Source: Parasitella parasitica NRRL 2501
Lineage: Eukaryota; Fungi; Mucoromycota
DNA length: 64,000 bases
NCBI GenBank assembly: GCA_025201805.1
Contig: MU619237.1
Span: 489,552 to 553,551 of the forward strand
Direction of reading: 5' to 3'
The translations under genes were made by a program, and so were the position numbers. Each line of letters begins with the position of its first letter. Position 1 is the stretch's first letter. Positions 13,629 through 27,099 of this stretch are shown piece after piece. Under the pieces are notes generated by a model. The model worked only from the letters and a program-made list of their open reading frames with translations. It searched no databases and was not told the DNA's origin.

Positions 13629-14170
13629 AATCGTTTGCGTACATATGCCACAATGGGTCCAACAAAACGTTCTGCGAAAAAGGGTGTCATCCCGACAGAA
13701 GCGGCAATACGCACTGGCAACAACGCCTGTTGACCCATCCATTAATATACATGAATAAACACATGTTATTACCATACGATTACCTTGACTATGCAATATG
13801 TAGTTACGAGATTCATCATCACCCTGTTTTCAGCTTCTAATGGCTCATATCCATAATAAACACGAGCTTTGTTGATAAATCGATTTCCTTCTGACACGAC
13901 AGCATCAGGAAAAGGTATCTTGACAGATGATGCATCCAAAGCCCAGTATATAAATGGAAATGGAGCAACCGCTGTCAATTCATGTAAGACTGCAAATGTT
14001 GTCATATAGGATCCTGGTTTGCTTTTAAATTGTTGCGCATATTTTCGGTAACCCGTTAGCGCTTTCTCCTGTGCTTTCTCGGGTATATTTGTGTAGCGTC
14101 GAGGCCAGGAGAACGAGTTTGGCAGCCTTTTGTTTGAGTGAATGGCTCGGCGAAAGGGTAAAAGAGACAT
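13625..14170 (-). CDS. MRX11: Mitochondrial MRX11-like protein (FLILHELTA family), 2 exons
   Basis: Presequence-like N-terminus MSLLPFRRAIHS and motif FAVLHELTAVAP. The last exon reads ALLPVRIAASVGMTPFFAERFVGPIVAYVRKRF*. Confidence 0.8.
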
Positions 14171-14672
14171 GGCTTTAGTTTGAAGTGTTCAAAAGGGCGG
14201 GAGTGGCAGTTTCAGTAACAGCGATGAGATTGCGAAGCGTTCCGTGACGTATAATCATTATGCTTGCAAAAGCTGCTTGTTTCGTACCTGGGAGTAAGCA
14301 GCAGTGGATAATAACAAGCAACTGACATGGTACATGACCACAAAAGTTTAAATTTAGAATGGCACAAACAAACCAAACCAGAACAAAAAATACCACTTTG
14401 AAAGTTGGTTTTTTGGGTAACCTTGTCTCAACCATAATGTAATAATTATTATATCTTTGAAAATACAGTGTGCACACTGATCTTGCCGTTATTATTTTAC
14501 GTAGATTTCATGGAACCCCACAGAACGCTATTTTTATTTCTTTGGCTGTTTAAATTTATCGTGGGACATGAATAGCAAGGAGTGAAAGAGCCATTTTACA
14601 GTGTGGCAAAATACACATAAAAATCAGGTAAGGAGGGAGGGGGGTGGTGAAGGAAGAGGAGAAAAGATTGAA

Positions 14673-15646
14673 TTAAGGAGAGTATGAAGAATAAGCAGTA
14701 GAAGAAGACGATGAGCTAGTTGGCATATTATTACCACTATGAATCTTTGAATGTCTTCGAAGATTACTAACAACAGAAAATTTGCGACCACATCCGTCCA
14801 CTGAACACTTGAAAGGTTTCTATAGAGCAATGCGTGAGTAATACACCAGTAGTAATAATATTCATGATTACTTACTTCTCCTGTATGACTATAGGTGTGT
14901 GTTGTTAGTGAGCTAGGACGTGTGAAACGCTTGTTACATATACGACAGCTATATCGCTTGGTGACAGGACTTGTGGATCTCGAATGAATGGTATCTTGTT
15001 GAGGAGATGAGGAACGCGATGTATTAGCCGATGAACGTCTACCGTGGTACATTTGATAGAAATCAGTTGGAAGGTAGGCATCGTACATTTGACATGGAGA
15101 GGTTGAAGGATTCATTAATGGGGAGACTGTCCTGTTCATGCAATGCTGTTGTTGTTGTTGGGGAGAATAATGCTGTAGATGCTGATGTTGATGCTGATGT
15201 TGCTGTTGATGTTGATGTTGATGCTTATAAAGATTAAAGGATTGTGTAGGGGAAGAGTAGAAATGATTGTGATTGACAGAAGCTGGTGGAGGTGGAGGTG
15301 GAGGTTGGAGTGGAGAAGCAAATGCATTATAGAGAGGATAACAGAATGAATTGTCCATCATTGGCATGCCAACAGATGGTTGTTGCAATTGCTGCGGTTG
15401 CTCTGGTTGCTGTGGTTGCTGTTGTTGTTGTTGTGGTTGTTGTGGTTGTTGTGGTTGTTGGTGGATATAATTATTTCTGACAGGATGTTGCATGGAAGAA
15501 TGATAATACTGATTTGATGTATTTGTCATTACCGGTAATGAATACATATTTAAATAATCTTTAGTCGACGAGCAATCAAGAACATTTTGGAATTTTTGGT
15601 GAGTAAAATCATTGTTGAAACTCATGTCAGGATAAACCGATATCAT
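14673..15646 (-). CDS. C2H2 zinc-finger transcription factor (two fingers, Nrg1-like) with Q/H/P-rich activation region
   Basis: RYSCRICNKRFTRPSSLTTHTYSHTGE, one intron, then KPFKCSVDGCGRKFSVVSNLRRHSKIH. Confidence 0.88.
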
Positions 15647-17021
15647 AGAAGTAAAGGAAAAGAAGAGGAAGTTATGATAAGAAAGCGCTTAAATAATCGG
15701 CAAGCCGGATATTTCAAGTAAAAGGATTGTGCAGATATATAATATGTATAGAAAACGAGCAAGCCGTTTCTTAATGAGATAATATAAACAAAAAATATGC
15801 AGGGAAACAGAAAAAAAAAAAAAAAAAAACTTTGGGTCAACCGATGCTTTTTTTGGAATTAAAGAATAATGATAAAAGATAAAACGACTCGAGAATAGCA
15901 ATAAAAGGTCTTGGGGTTTTATATACAGCAGACAGGATTAAAGTTTGATATATAAACAAATCATCTTTAACGGGGATAATCTGTTTTTATACATTAAGGA
16001 GAAGATATATCAGCACATTAGGTGGATGTGGAAACACAAACAACTTGAATCCACGAGATTTTAATGGCAATTAATATTACATTGGGACGTACATAGTTTT
16101 GCAACAGTGAATCTTGTCATTTACAATTTAAATATATAAAACAGCCAAATTAATTGTTCTAATTGACAGTATTTCGTACACAAAGTGATTGATATATATC
16201 CTGCGACTCAAATACATCGTAATATCGTGTCGCTATCTCTACACAAGATACACTTTGAGTATCCTTTTTTAACCAAGTGGTATTGAAAAGGAGGAAAAGG
16301 GGAAAGCTTCTAAACAAGATCAAGTGAAAGTTTATATTTGATTACACACAAAATTCATTCTTATCTTCTCAGTTGAAAGCATAATTACGCGAAATCAACA
16401 ATATCACCACATCGAAAAGGGAGAGATCCGTTAATGTAACTTTGTGTATTTTTTCATGATAAATCCGAGGTTCTGTGCTATATTTACTTACAAATTTAAA
16501 ATGTCAAGTTGATTGCCCCCCTTTTTTTTGTGTCAAAGAAATTCCCAAATGTAAACAGTTAATACAAAATCCCCTAAAAAATACCAGAAAACGATTAGTA
16601 ACACCATCATTTTGTTTGGAAGATGTATTTAACTTTCAAGGAACAATTATTTTGTATTTGGTCTTGAAAAACCTCCCCCCCTCCCGCATTTTCCGCACTT
16701 TGTCGTAAGGAGAGGATACGCATTTTACATCATAAAAAGCTAAATAGAAGGTCAAAAACCAACTCATTCAATGATATTTCAGATCTTTATTTGATACAAG
16801 CAAATAAGTCGTAGTCAGTAGAACCTAAAAAATTCAAGATAAATAGCCATACTTTTGTTGTTGTCCTTTTTTTTTTTTACATCTTTTTGCGAATTTTTAA
16901 AATGTTATATAAATGTTGATAGGTCAATGTACTAGAATAGAAAGAGGGAATGAAAAAAAAAATAAAAAAAGAAGAGAGTAAAGCCCACATTATCGAGAAA
17001 ATTCATTACAAACACACACAT

Positions 17022-19012
17022 TTAAAAAGCATTAGCATTAAAAATGGCCTCAGAGACATAAGAAGCAGTAATTTGTTTGCCACCAAACCATCGTCCATTC
17101 AAAGCAGAAAAGGCCTTTTCAGCTGAAGCAATTTCATGAAACTTCAAGAACACTTCGCCCATAGAATCAGCATTGACCTTGATATGCTCTACAACACCAA
17201 ATTTTTCACACTCTAATTTAATGTCTGATTCGAGCTCGCTTACCCAATCAGGCTCTGTCTCTCTGTAAAAATCACAACATTTTAATCTCTGGTTCAAGAG
17301 TAATTTGTGTGTATGATTATATACTTACTCGGCAGGATTAAACATGTTATTCAACATTACGTAACGAGAAGCGGCAGCAGGGATGAAAGGTTTAGGGCTA
17401 TAAATCATGTCAATAATACAATTTTTTTAACACAATATCTGAAAATCTTACGGCGCAGTTGGTGCTGCAACATGAACTGGAGAATCTTGCTCAGTGGTGG
17501 GATCTCTGGCAGCCAATTTAGCCATCAATTCAGCTCTTGACATGGAGTTCAAAGCAACACCCTCGGTTTCTAATAGTAACTATTAGATCGAGCCAGTTTA
17601 TCATGTCAAATATAACTCACCTTCATCATCCAGGTTGTAACTAAGACCACCAGCCAAGGTATTTTTTTCAGTAACGAGACCCACTTTGAGCTATTTACAT
17701 TGTTAGAAACTGCAATTGAGATTTAAGAAAGACAAAAATGACATACATTTCTACCAGCCAATTCAAACCCATTCATCTTTTCTAAAGCCTGCTTAGCATC
17801 TTCTCCATTTTTATATTGAATAAAACCAAACCCCTTTGAACGACCCGTCTCAGGATCTACGATATCAAATGTTAAAAATTACACGAATACTTTAGCAGAA
17901 AGCAACAATGTGTATTACCTTTGTGAAGATTGACAAACTCCAAGGCGCCGAAAGGTTCGAAGATTTGACGTACATCATCATCCGTCAAACTAAAATGGAG
18001 TGAGCCGACATATAACCTTTGGTAGGAAGGTTCCGAAGATAGTCCCATGCTAGACAAAATCAATTAGTGATAATTCGAGCATATCTGCAAGTTGAGCAAA
18101 CTTACGCGTTTCTTTGTGCTTGCAAAGCCAATCTATTTTTCTCAGCCTCTGATAAGGAAACCATGACTGGAATACCTAAAAGTTTTTGACCTGATAATGC
18201 TAAAGCGTTTTGTACAGATACCTCTTCATAAAACTCGACATAGCCCACACTGATTGCAATTGCGTCAGAAAAAAATCAGACAATTGGGATTTTTAATTTT
18301 TCTCTTACCCTTTTGACTTTCTTGAGTTTCTGTCAGTAATAATCTTGGCTTCACGAAGTCTACCAGCCTGAGAAAAGAAGTCTTCCAATTCACGAGTTGT
18401 TAAGCGAGCTGCTAATTGAGTAACAAATACGGTTCTTCGGTCTCTATCTTCCTCCGGGATAGGCGGAGAAGGGGATCTTCCACCTCTTCCTCTTCTTCTT
18501 TCATTTAACCTATCATGATGTTGGTGAATAGGAGGTGGTGGGGTTCTACTACGTCTTCTACGAGTAGGACTTCTAGAGCGTCGTCTACTAGTACTTCTTC
18601 TTTTATACTCACGAGAAGGAGAGCGACGGTGTCTTCTTTCTCGACTAGAAGATCGAGATGAACGGTGATATCTTCTGCTACTGTGTCTAGAATCTGACCG
18701 ATGGTGAGATGAGCGATGGCGAGAGTCGGAACGAGAGGAATGGCCATGTTCTGAGTGTCGTGAGCTACTGAAAACGCACGAAAAAAAATTGGCCTTTAGT
18801 GACATTGCAAGCAACTTTACTGGTTTTAGAATGCTTACCGGCGTTCATCGTCTCTATGATCTCTATGGGGAGAGGGATGTTGTTCTTCCTTTCAGTTTCA
18901 AGAAGAACAAGTACATGTTTATTAGCAAGCAATCCCCAACGTTCAATGTATGTATCCTTACCCGTTTTTCTTGGTAGGGAGCATCAAGCATAGCTTCAAC
19001 ATCAACGTCCAT
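17022..19012 (-). CDS. RBM39: Splicing factor RBM39/CAPER (RS domain, 2 RRMs, UHM), multi-exon
   Basis: [13 protein letters not shown] start and RS-rich region, RRM1 [18 protein letters not shown]2 [11 protein letters not shown], and [17 protein letters not shown]. Confidence 0.93.
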
Positions 19013-20947
19013 TATATATAACTTTTTTTTTTCAGAAAATTACAGAAAAGAGAAGAACTTTTTTCATCCCACCCGAGTGCGGAAAATGTATACAGGCTTC
19101 TACGTCACTGGATTACCATTGTGACTCAAGCAAAGACATCTCCAACTTCTTTTTATGGTATAATGAATGTGATGTGAAGAAAACGAGGTTACTAGATTAT
19201 AGTCATGATGCCTATTTTATCATCATCAAGACTTTGTTTATGTGTGAAGAATCAGAGTGGCCCTATTTATCCTAAGGCTTTTTCTGATTTAGTTTTCTTG
19301 ATTGAAGCACATCTTCTCCTGGATTCCAATTAGATATCCTGATAGTTTACTTTAATAATCCGAAAAGTACTGTCAAATGGCCCCAGTGATAAAATTTGGG
19401 CTCTTGGCTAAATGGGGACCTAATCGGACAATAACTCCAAATTTGTTACTTTTAAGCCAAATTTCTCATTTCTGATAAATCAATAATGAAGATATAAACT
19501 CAAAAATCACAATAATTACTTTGAAGATATCTTCAAAATAAGGATGGATAATATGATGAATGTCTTAGGGTGACAAGCTACTCTTTATGTTTTTTCACTC
19601 ACTTTCCTTGAACCCTATCAAAAATGTTGGTCCAAAATTCGTATACTTCATGAAGTTTGTGAACAAGTTTCGGTTGCTGATAGTCAAGTATAAGCAAAGA
19701 ATACTGAAACTTATTGAGGCGGTGAGTTGGTACTGTATAATTAAGTACTTGGGGTTACTATCAACAATTCCAGAGTTACATTGCTTGATTTTTCGCTTTA
19801 TCTTCAAGGGTTTTCACTACTGTTTGACAGTATTCAAGACCTTAAGCCGTCGACATTGTTGTTCCTCATTACGTATTATACACGATCATATTTTATTTTG
19901 TAAACAAAGAAGCCATAATTATAGATGAACTCCAAAATACATTTAGCAGCTCCTGTAATTTAAAAAAAATCAAAGGGAAATAATTGATGGTTTGGTCACT
20001 GGAAAAAAGGCGTTAACAAGATAGTAAGTATCCAAATGTTCATTAGCCATTGCTAAGCCATTAAGTAAGCCTTGTTTCTTTGTCGATGACAATTAATCTA
20101 ATTTTCGTAGATATTTGATCACTTCATAGCAAACCAGGAATAAACCTGCTGATAGTTGACTACATTTTTCTTTTCCTTTATATATAATGGGAGGCTAGCA
20201 ATCATAACTTCATCATCAACCAACTGCTAAAAGCTCAACGAAGCAAGTAACTACACGCCTCTGCCAGAAATCATGTGCAAATCACCCCATATTAACCCAA
20301 ATGCTATTTTCCATATTATGACACACATGTTGAAGCCTCCCACTAAAAGAGAAAAAGTAAAATGAAAGAACTGACAGCAAAAGTAGGCATATCAGACCAT
20401 CATCAACCCACTACAACTCGCCACAATACTTCTAATAACGGGAGAAAATATAAAGACAACTTACGATTTCATGACAGAAGCAATGCTACTACTTCACCTT
20501 TATAGTCGGCCAAGATGACTCAGTTACGGCCATGCCTATGTGTTTCCAAAAATTGTATAATAATAAATGATTTGCAAAAGGTTTTACCCAATTGCCTATA
20601 TTATCCTTACTCATTAATTTGAGGCAAACGGTTCATCGGACTCCTGTGAAAGGAGGTCAAGTATAAAATTACTGCACCTGCACCGAGTTGTGGGTCAACC
20701 ATAGTATATAGAGCATCTTAGTGATGAATAAATGAAAATACTGTAAAATTGCAGATTAAGGCCGATTTTCGACTGTAACAAATGTTTAAAGGCTATGAGT
20801 GTATAGTACTTTTGCAAAGCAAAATATGTATTGCCTTTTAAATACAATAGATCATCCATGCGTACAATGGTCCAGCAAAGGATTACTCTATTATGTTATA
20901 AGATTGGATGCTACAGTAATCACATTGTTGAATTTGGCATTCACACT

Positions 20948-20982
20948 GATATTGACATTGACATTGACATTGACATTGACAT
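20948..20982. repeat. (GACATT)n hexanucleotide microsatellite upstream of LCB2
   Basis: gatattgacattgacattgacattgacattgacattg read directly. Confidence 0.85.
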
Positions 20983-21137
20983 TGGTGTTAGAGTTAAAGT
21001 TAGGTTGATAGTTTCAGCTTATTTTTTTTTTTTTCTTCCTGAAACAGTCATTTCGAAGAAAAGGTTTGGGTCCATTATTGCAACGATGCAACAGTCCTAA
21101 CAATTACACTCTTCTTTTCCATTTTCACTAAAGAATA

Positions 21138-23345
21138 ATGCCTCAACAGCAAACGTCTGCAAATCCAGCGACTCCAGTTGAGGATATGCAACAAATTCCT
21201 ACTATATCGGTTGAGGGCATTCAACCTAGCACTCGACAGAGAGCATTTTCATTTTCAAATTTGGTCAAACGAACCCGAAGAGCTTATTCAGTTTCGTCTG
21301 CTTACCCCGTCAAGGCCCACCCTGCCCTCGCTTTACCACCCCACTCTCAAAACAATCTGAGCCCTGAGGAATTTGCTGACAAAATCAAGCTTCCTTCTTT
21401 GACACCTGCACAACGAAGAAATTCAATTGCGGCCGCACATCGAAAATATGAAGACTTTGAGCAAAAGATCGAGGCAGCACCACTGCTTGTCTTGGTGTCC
21501 ACCTATCTCAACTATTTTGTCTTGATTTTGTTTGGACATATGCGTGATATTATAGGAAAGATATTTAAACGAAAAGAATATGCACATCTCCGGACAAATG
21601 AGGTAAACAAGTGTTGCCAAGTTTTCTAGTTGATCTCATTTTGAACGTATGTTCATCCTAGGGCTATGCACCTTTAGTTTCTGATTTCGACTCGTTCTAC
21701 ACAAGGCGAATGTATCTGCGTATTAGGTAATTGGATACTAGTTAGTTTACTAGGTTGTTTGTTATTTATTTTTTATGCATTTCAAGGGATTGCTGGAACA
21801 GACCTACAACGGGAGTTCCAGGTAGAAAAATCACAATTTTGGAGCGAGAATCAAAAGATTTTAATTTGACATTTAGGCAAGTCCATTGAATGTTTTACTT
21901 GTTATTTGAAAATTAACCATCCATTTGTAGATTGACTGGACGAAAGCTGGAAGCTGTCAATTTCTCATCTTACAACTATTTAGGGTTTGCACAAAACGAA
22001 GGTTTATGTGCTGATCAAGTAGAAGAATGTGTTAAACAGTATGGCACAAGCAGCGCTAGTGCGAGATTAGAAGCTGGTACCTTGGATATTCACCGCAGTT
22101 TAGAAAGAAAGGTGGCCAAGTTTGTGGGCAAGGAGGATTCGATTATTGTGTCTATGGGATTTGCCACCAATTCGACCACGATTCCATCGCTTGTTGGCAA
22201 GGTAAATGCATACTACCGGCCTGTCATTTTACCGTCCCATCCTTAATGTAAAACCTATGTAGGGCTGCTTGGTGATAAGCGATGAGCTGAATCACAGCTC
22301 CATTATTTTTGGTGTGCGTCTTTCAGGCGCTTCAGTTCGTGTGTTCAAGCACAACAACATGATTGATTTAAGAAATTTATTGCGTGAAGTCATATCTCAA
22401 GGTCAGCCTAGAACTCATCGCCCATGGAAAAAGATTGTCGTCATCGTGGAAGGTTTGTATTCAATGGAAGGTTCTATTGTCAACTTGCCAGAATTGATCA
22501 AATTGAAACGGGAATTCAAGGTAAAATATATGCCAGATATAATGTAGACAGCCTTTCAAACATGCAACTAGTTTTATCTGTATGTCGACGAAGCACACTC
22601 AATCGGTGCTCTCGGCGAAAATGGTGGTGGAGTTTGTGATTTTTACGGCATTAGTCCTATACATGTTGATATCATGATGGGCACATTTACAAAATCATTT
22701 GGTGCTGCTGGCGGCTATATTGCTGGTGATAAGGTAAAGAGTTCAGTCTAACATAGACATAGGCAGTGTCTAGTTCTAACATGATGTTTGTATTTTTTTG
22801 TTAGGCTGTCATTGACCATTTGAGAGCTACTAACCATGCATTTTCTTATGCGGAAACAATGTCACCACTGGTTATTCAGCAAGTGAGTTCCAGCATGGGC
22901 ATCATTATGGGAGAAGATGGGACGGACGATGGCGTCAAACGTATTCAACAGTTGGCTGAAAACTCGCGCTATTTCTCGAGAGAACTAAGGAGATTGGGCT
23001 TCATTGTCTATGGTGATGAAGGAAGCCCTGTTATTCCATTGTTATTATTTAATCCTGCTAAAATCTCGTAAGTTTAATTTTAATATTGGACATCAGCGTA
23101 CTCAAAACTAATAATTGGATAGTGCTTTCTCTAGAGAAATGCTGAAGCGAAACATTGCTGTTGTTGTCGTTGGGTATCCTGCGACGCCTATTATTAGCTC
23201 AAGAGCTCGCTTCTGTATATCATCTGCTCATACAAGAGAAGATCTTGACAAGGCTATTCAAGACATCAACGAAGTGGGCGAGCTGCTAATGATTAAATTC
23301 AAATCTGTACAAAACAAAGAAGAAACCAACCTAAAAATTAAATAA
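21138..23345 (+). CDS. LCB2: Serine palmitoyltransferase catalytic subunit LCB2 (spliced)
   Basis: [39 protein letters not shown]-lysine motif MGTFTKSFG and VVVGYPATP...RARFC. Confidence 0.96.
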
Positions 23346-23400
23346 AATGTTGTACACTTAATACTATGTCTCGTACAATATCTTTATACGGATTTAATTA

Positions 23401-23439
23401 TTAATACGAGTTTGTAGCCGAAGGCACAAGCTGTATTAA
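23401..23439. other. Imperfect 39-nt hairpin between LCB2 and ALG14
   Basis: TTAATAC-GAGTTTGT-A-GCC-GAA-GGC-ACAAGCT-GTATTAA; the arms are reverse-complementary around a GAA loop. Confidence 0.6.
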
Positions 23440-23561
23440 GTTTCTATATTCATGCAAGAACGAAATACGCAAGACTGTACAATATTTTGGGGCTTCATCA
23501 GCGCAACTTGGGATTAAATTTTTTCGTGTTTCTTTCAACAAAAACCTGCAGCTTTAATTTC

Positions 23562-24459
23562 ATGAATGTTATACTGGTCCTAGCGACATTGGTCGTGCTA
23601 GCAGTAACAAGGATTTACCTTGTGATTCCGAAAAGAAACAGAAAATACATCAAAAAACAGAATAAAAAACGTACTCGTCCATGCAAGACGTGCATTGTTT
23701 TAGGTTCAGGTATACTAATCCATGTAGACGCTCAAATGTGTCTACAATATACTCAATTAGAGCCCTAGGTGGACACACAGCAGAGATGCTGCAGCTGATC
23801 AAGTCGCTTGAACCCAAGCAGTATTACCCTAGAACATATGTTGTAGCCAATACAGACACACTGAGCAAAGAAAAGGCTATAGAGTATGAACAATCAACTG
23901 GCCAGCAGGTAATTTAGAATCGATACAAACAAAAAANNNNNNNNNNAAAAAAAAACTAGCGCCTGCTAAATACAGAAAATTCGCTTATCTGTATAGAATC
24001 AGTTTGATGTTTGTACTATACCCAGGGCAAGAGAAGTAGGCCAGCCTTGGTCACAGGTGCCTGTAACAGCATTGATAGCTTTGACAGCATCCGTCAAGGT
24101 TATTCTATCGTCATGGCCTGATCTAGTAAGTAGATTATCCTAAAGCAAAAACACAATTATTGGAAGAGTTCTTAGATCATCTGTAACGGGCCTGGCAGCT
24201 GTGTACCCATTTGCATTTTGGCCTACATCCCAAGAGTAAGAGCCATCTTTTTTTCCGGTTAAACGATCAACTGATCCCTTGTCGACAGATTTTAGGCATC
24301 AAGAAAATAGAAATAATTTACATCGAATCATTTGCCCGCGTGGAATCCCTGTCAGTAACTGGGAAACTATTATACCCTTTTGTGGATCGATTTCTAGTCC
24401 AATGGCCTCAATTGAGTAACATCTTGGATGCAGCTGAATATAAAGGCATTTTGGTTTAA
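23562..24459 (+). CDS. ALG14: UDP-GlcNAc transferase subunit ALG14 (spliced; N-gap in one intron)
   Basis: IVLGS-GGHTAEM, IPRAREVGQ, ICNGPGSCVP and IYIESFARVESLSVTGKLLYPFVDRFLVQW. Confidence 0.94.
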
Positions 24460-24722
24460 CGCAACCACACGTGGGGATACTTTGACATTCATTATTGGAT
24501 GCCATCCCAAAAAAACTCCGTTTATTCATATCGAATCTGTATGATTCTCGACACACTGGATCGCATAAAGCATAGTACATAAAGATTCGTTTTTTATTAC
24601 AAAGAAACATAGGGGAATTACAAGCAATGAGAGAAAGAGATTTTGGGGCATTCTGTGTGAAAAAGAAACACTTTTGAGTTTTTTGGATTGAATAGAGTGA
24701 TATTATTGTGCATAGTACTGAT

Positions 24723-25243
24723 TTAATGCTTGTTGCCCATTCGCACTAGAAAAAAATAAGTCAAAAGAATTAGCATTCATCCCACTTTACAAAGCGTATC
24801 ATGTTTATTTGTATATAAACATGACACTGAACCCTCCCTCGCCCTCCGCACACACACGCACACTCTTTGCTCCTAGCAATATACTGATACTTACAATAAA
24901 AGTTGATACAAACGGCAGCCAACAAAAAGATACACAAGACAGTAGGACCGACACGATCATCATATGGAGCAGCTTCTCTGTTTCTGATCTTGGTAGCTCT
25001 CCAGTGGAAAGTATATAGGGCATAAAGCATAACGCCCATAGCAATCACAGTGAATAAAACAGCGGACAAACGGCCAATACGGTCACCAAAATTCAGCAAT
25101 CCCATTGCCAAACCTCCAAGGACAACAGTAAAGTTTAACCAGGATAAAAATGTACGTTCGTTTGCAAAGAAGACTTTGGGTTCTACACGTACAGGAAGTG
25201 CAATACGCTTACCGGAACTAGGCTCTAAAGTATTGGCTGACAT
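24723..25243 (-). CDS. VTC1: Vacuolar transporter chaperone 1 (polyphosphate synthesis complex subunit)
   Basis: [28 protein letters not shown]...[12 protein letters not shown], with a short final exon ending RMGNKH*. Confidence 0.95.
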
Positions 25244-25258
25244 ATCGANNNNNNNNNN

Positions 25259-25289
<31 letters not shown>

Positions 25290-25884
25290 AAGAATACAGT
25301 AGTAGTAAGAGAAGTGTTCCAAACAAAACAAAAAAAAATTAACCTTCCTTTATATCCATCTCCCACAATAATATTCTTTCCCAGCAACAACGTTTGTTTG
25401 ATGTTCCGAATTTATCAATGAAACAAATAAATATTTTGCTTCCTTATAAATGTTCAATTGACAGAGGCAGGGTTTATAGTTACCTATATAACATTCGAAG
25501 GTTACGCTTGAATAACAAATTCTTGGGCTACGCTATCAGTTTTCGGCTGTTTCTTCAAAATGTACAAAAGAAAACTCCAGATTTTACTGACAGCTTGTCA
25601 CTGTTCAGGGCAATTGATGTGTACATCTCCTTTTTAAAGTTGAAGTATTTGATTAGCGATAATCCTGTAGAAAAAAGCTAACCCACCACTTGATTTGAGC
25701 AACGCGCATTTTAGCTGTTCTCGCAGTGTTTCTCTGTACGGTTTAATATTTTTTGAATTGAGAAAATTTACACTTGGTCTTCAACAATTTAAATACAATA
25801 ATAAAACATAATAAAGCATTGTACCGTACATGGCTTCTAAAAATTGCCTATTATAAGATTCTGTATTAGAATTATTATCTTTAT

Positions 25885-26400
25885 ATTTTCCACCTGTATC
25901 AATGACTGCCTGACATTTTGACATCCTCGACGCCAGGGTGGTCATCACTCTTGATCAATGCACCTCCATCCTTCTTGTAAGATTACCATAGTTGCTTGAA
26001 ATTATTTTTTTGATGTCTTCTTTTCTTGACACACGTTTATATGCACCAAGAAATACTCAATTGGGTTCAGATCTGGACTCTGAGCTGGCAAATATTCAAA
26101 AGTCTTGATAATATATCTCTTTTATACAAACCACTTGGAATATCCGCTGATATTTATATGGAAGCACCGTTTTGTTGAAAGATTAAGCCATTATGGCCTT
26201 CCGCAAATTACTGATTCTTCATGTCATAGTAAGAAATGGTTGGCCAAAACAACCACGTAAGTGTCCTACTGTAATTTGCGTTGCCCTCTACAACCACAAC
26301 AGGTCATAAACCTTTCCTCGAGCCAGTACTGAGTTAGTACATAACTTGACAGTTGTTTTAATCAGCTTTCTCTGTTAATATCTCTCATCTTCTTTTCTTA
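25885..26400 (-). mobile_element. Degenerate Tc1/mariner (IS630-Tc1) transposase fragment
   Basis: The minus strand, with stops and frameshifts, reads ...VVVEGN...LIFQQNGA...(L/W)PAQSPDLNPIE...QAVID.GG, the DD34E catalytic-core signatures. Confidence 0.8.
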
Positions 26401-26599
26401 GTTTTCAATCGCTGTTATCGTTAAAGATACTGAGGGAAGCAATGCAACGATAAAGGTTTTAGTGATTTAGGATCTGGGAGATAGGATAGCATCGATCCCA
26501 AATGCCATGTCATGTTCAGTTTCATATTGATGATGTATTACTCTATAGAATGAATCTATATTATATTGGTATCCGGCTCTAAAACTGATAAATCACTTG

Positions 26600-26945
26600 C
26601 AGCAGAAGTTATGAGCAGATTTGTGATATTTTCGCACATGACTTTTGATAGAGACATCGCCTAGTGGAAACCAAGTTATGCTCAGATAGCGATGATTATA
26701 CCTGTTCGTATGGCGCATAAGGTAGGCTTTGTTTTGCTTTTTACCATAGCTTATTAGCGATTATCTACTAAAATTTGTGGTTTCTGCTGATAACTTTCTA
26801 GACTTCAATAAAAATATCGATACAAATGCTTTCGCCAGATAGCGATAAGTCAGTGCTAAGTTTTCCAGGTTAGATCGCGGTTCTACGCAGAGGTTATGAC
26901 CAAATATCTGATATATTGGATGATATTTCAATTATTATCAGAAAT
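26600..26945 (+). repeat. Dispersed non-coding repeat family R2, copy 1 (homologs at ~30150-30260 +, ~57546-57745 +, ~58255-58530 -)
   Basis: Shared blocks gtggaaa(cc/gc)aagttatgctca(g/t)atagc(g/a)atga, gccagatag...gttagatc.(c/t)ggttctacg and gcaga(a/g)gttatgaccaaatatctgatat. Confidence 0.8.
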
Positions 26946-27099
26946 AGTAGAACTATGGATGTAATCAACAAATTGATGTGATGGATTGTTTGGCCGACTC
27001 TATGCGTTTGTGTCCACTCAGAATGTAAGGCGTTTTTGCAAGGCCATTTGGAGTATGAAAAGGTGCTTTTAAGGCCTAATAATTTATATTGTTTGATGC

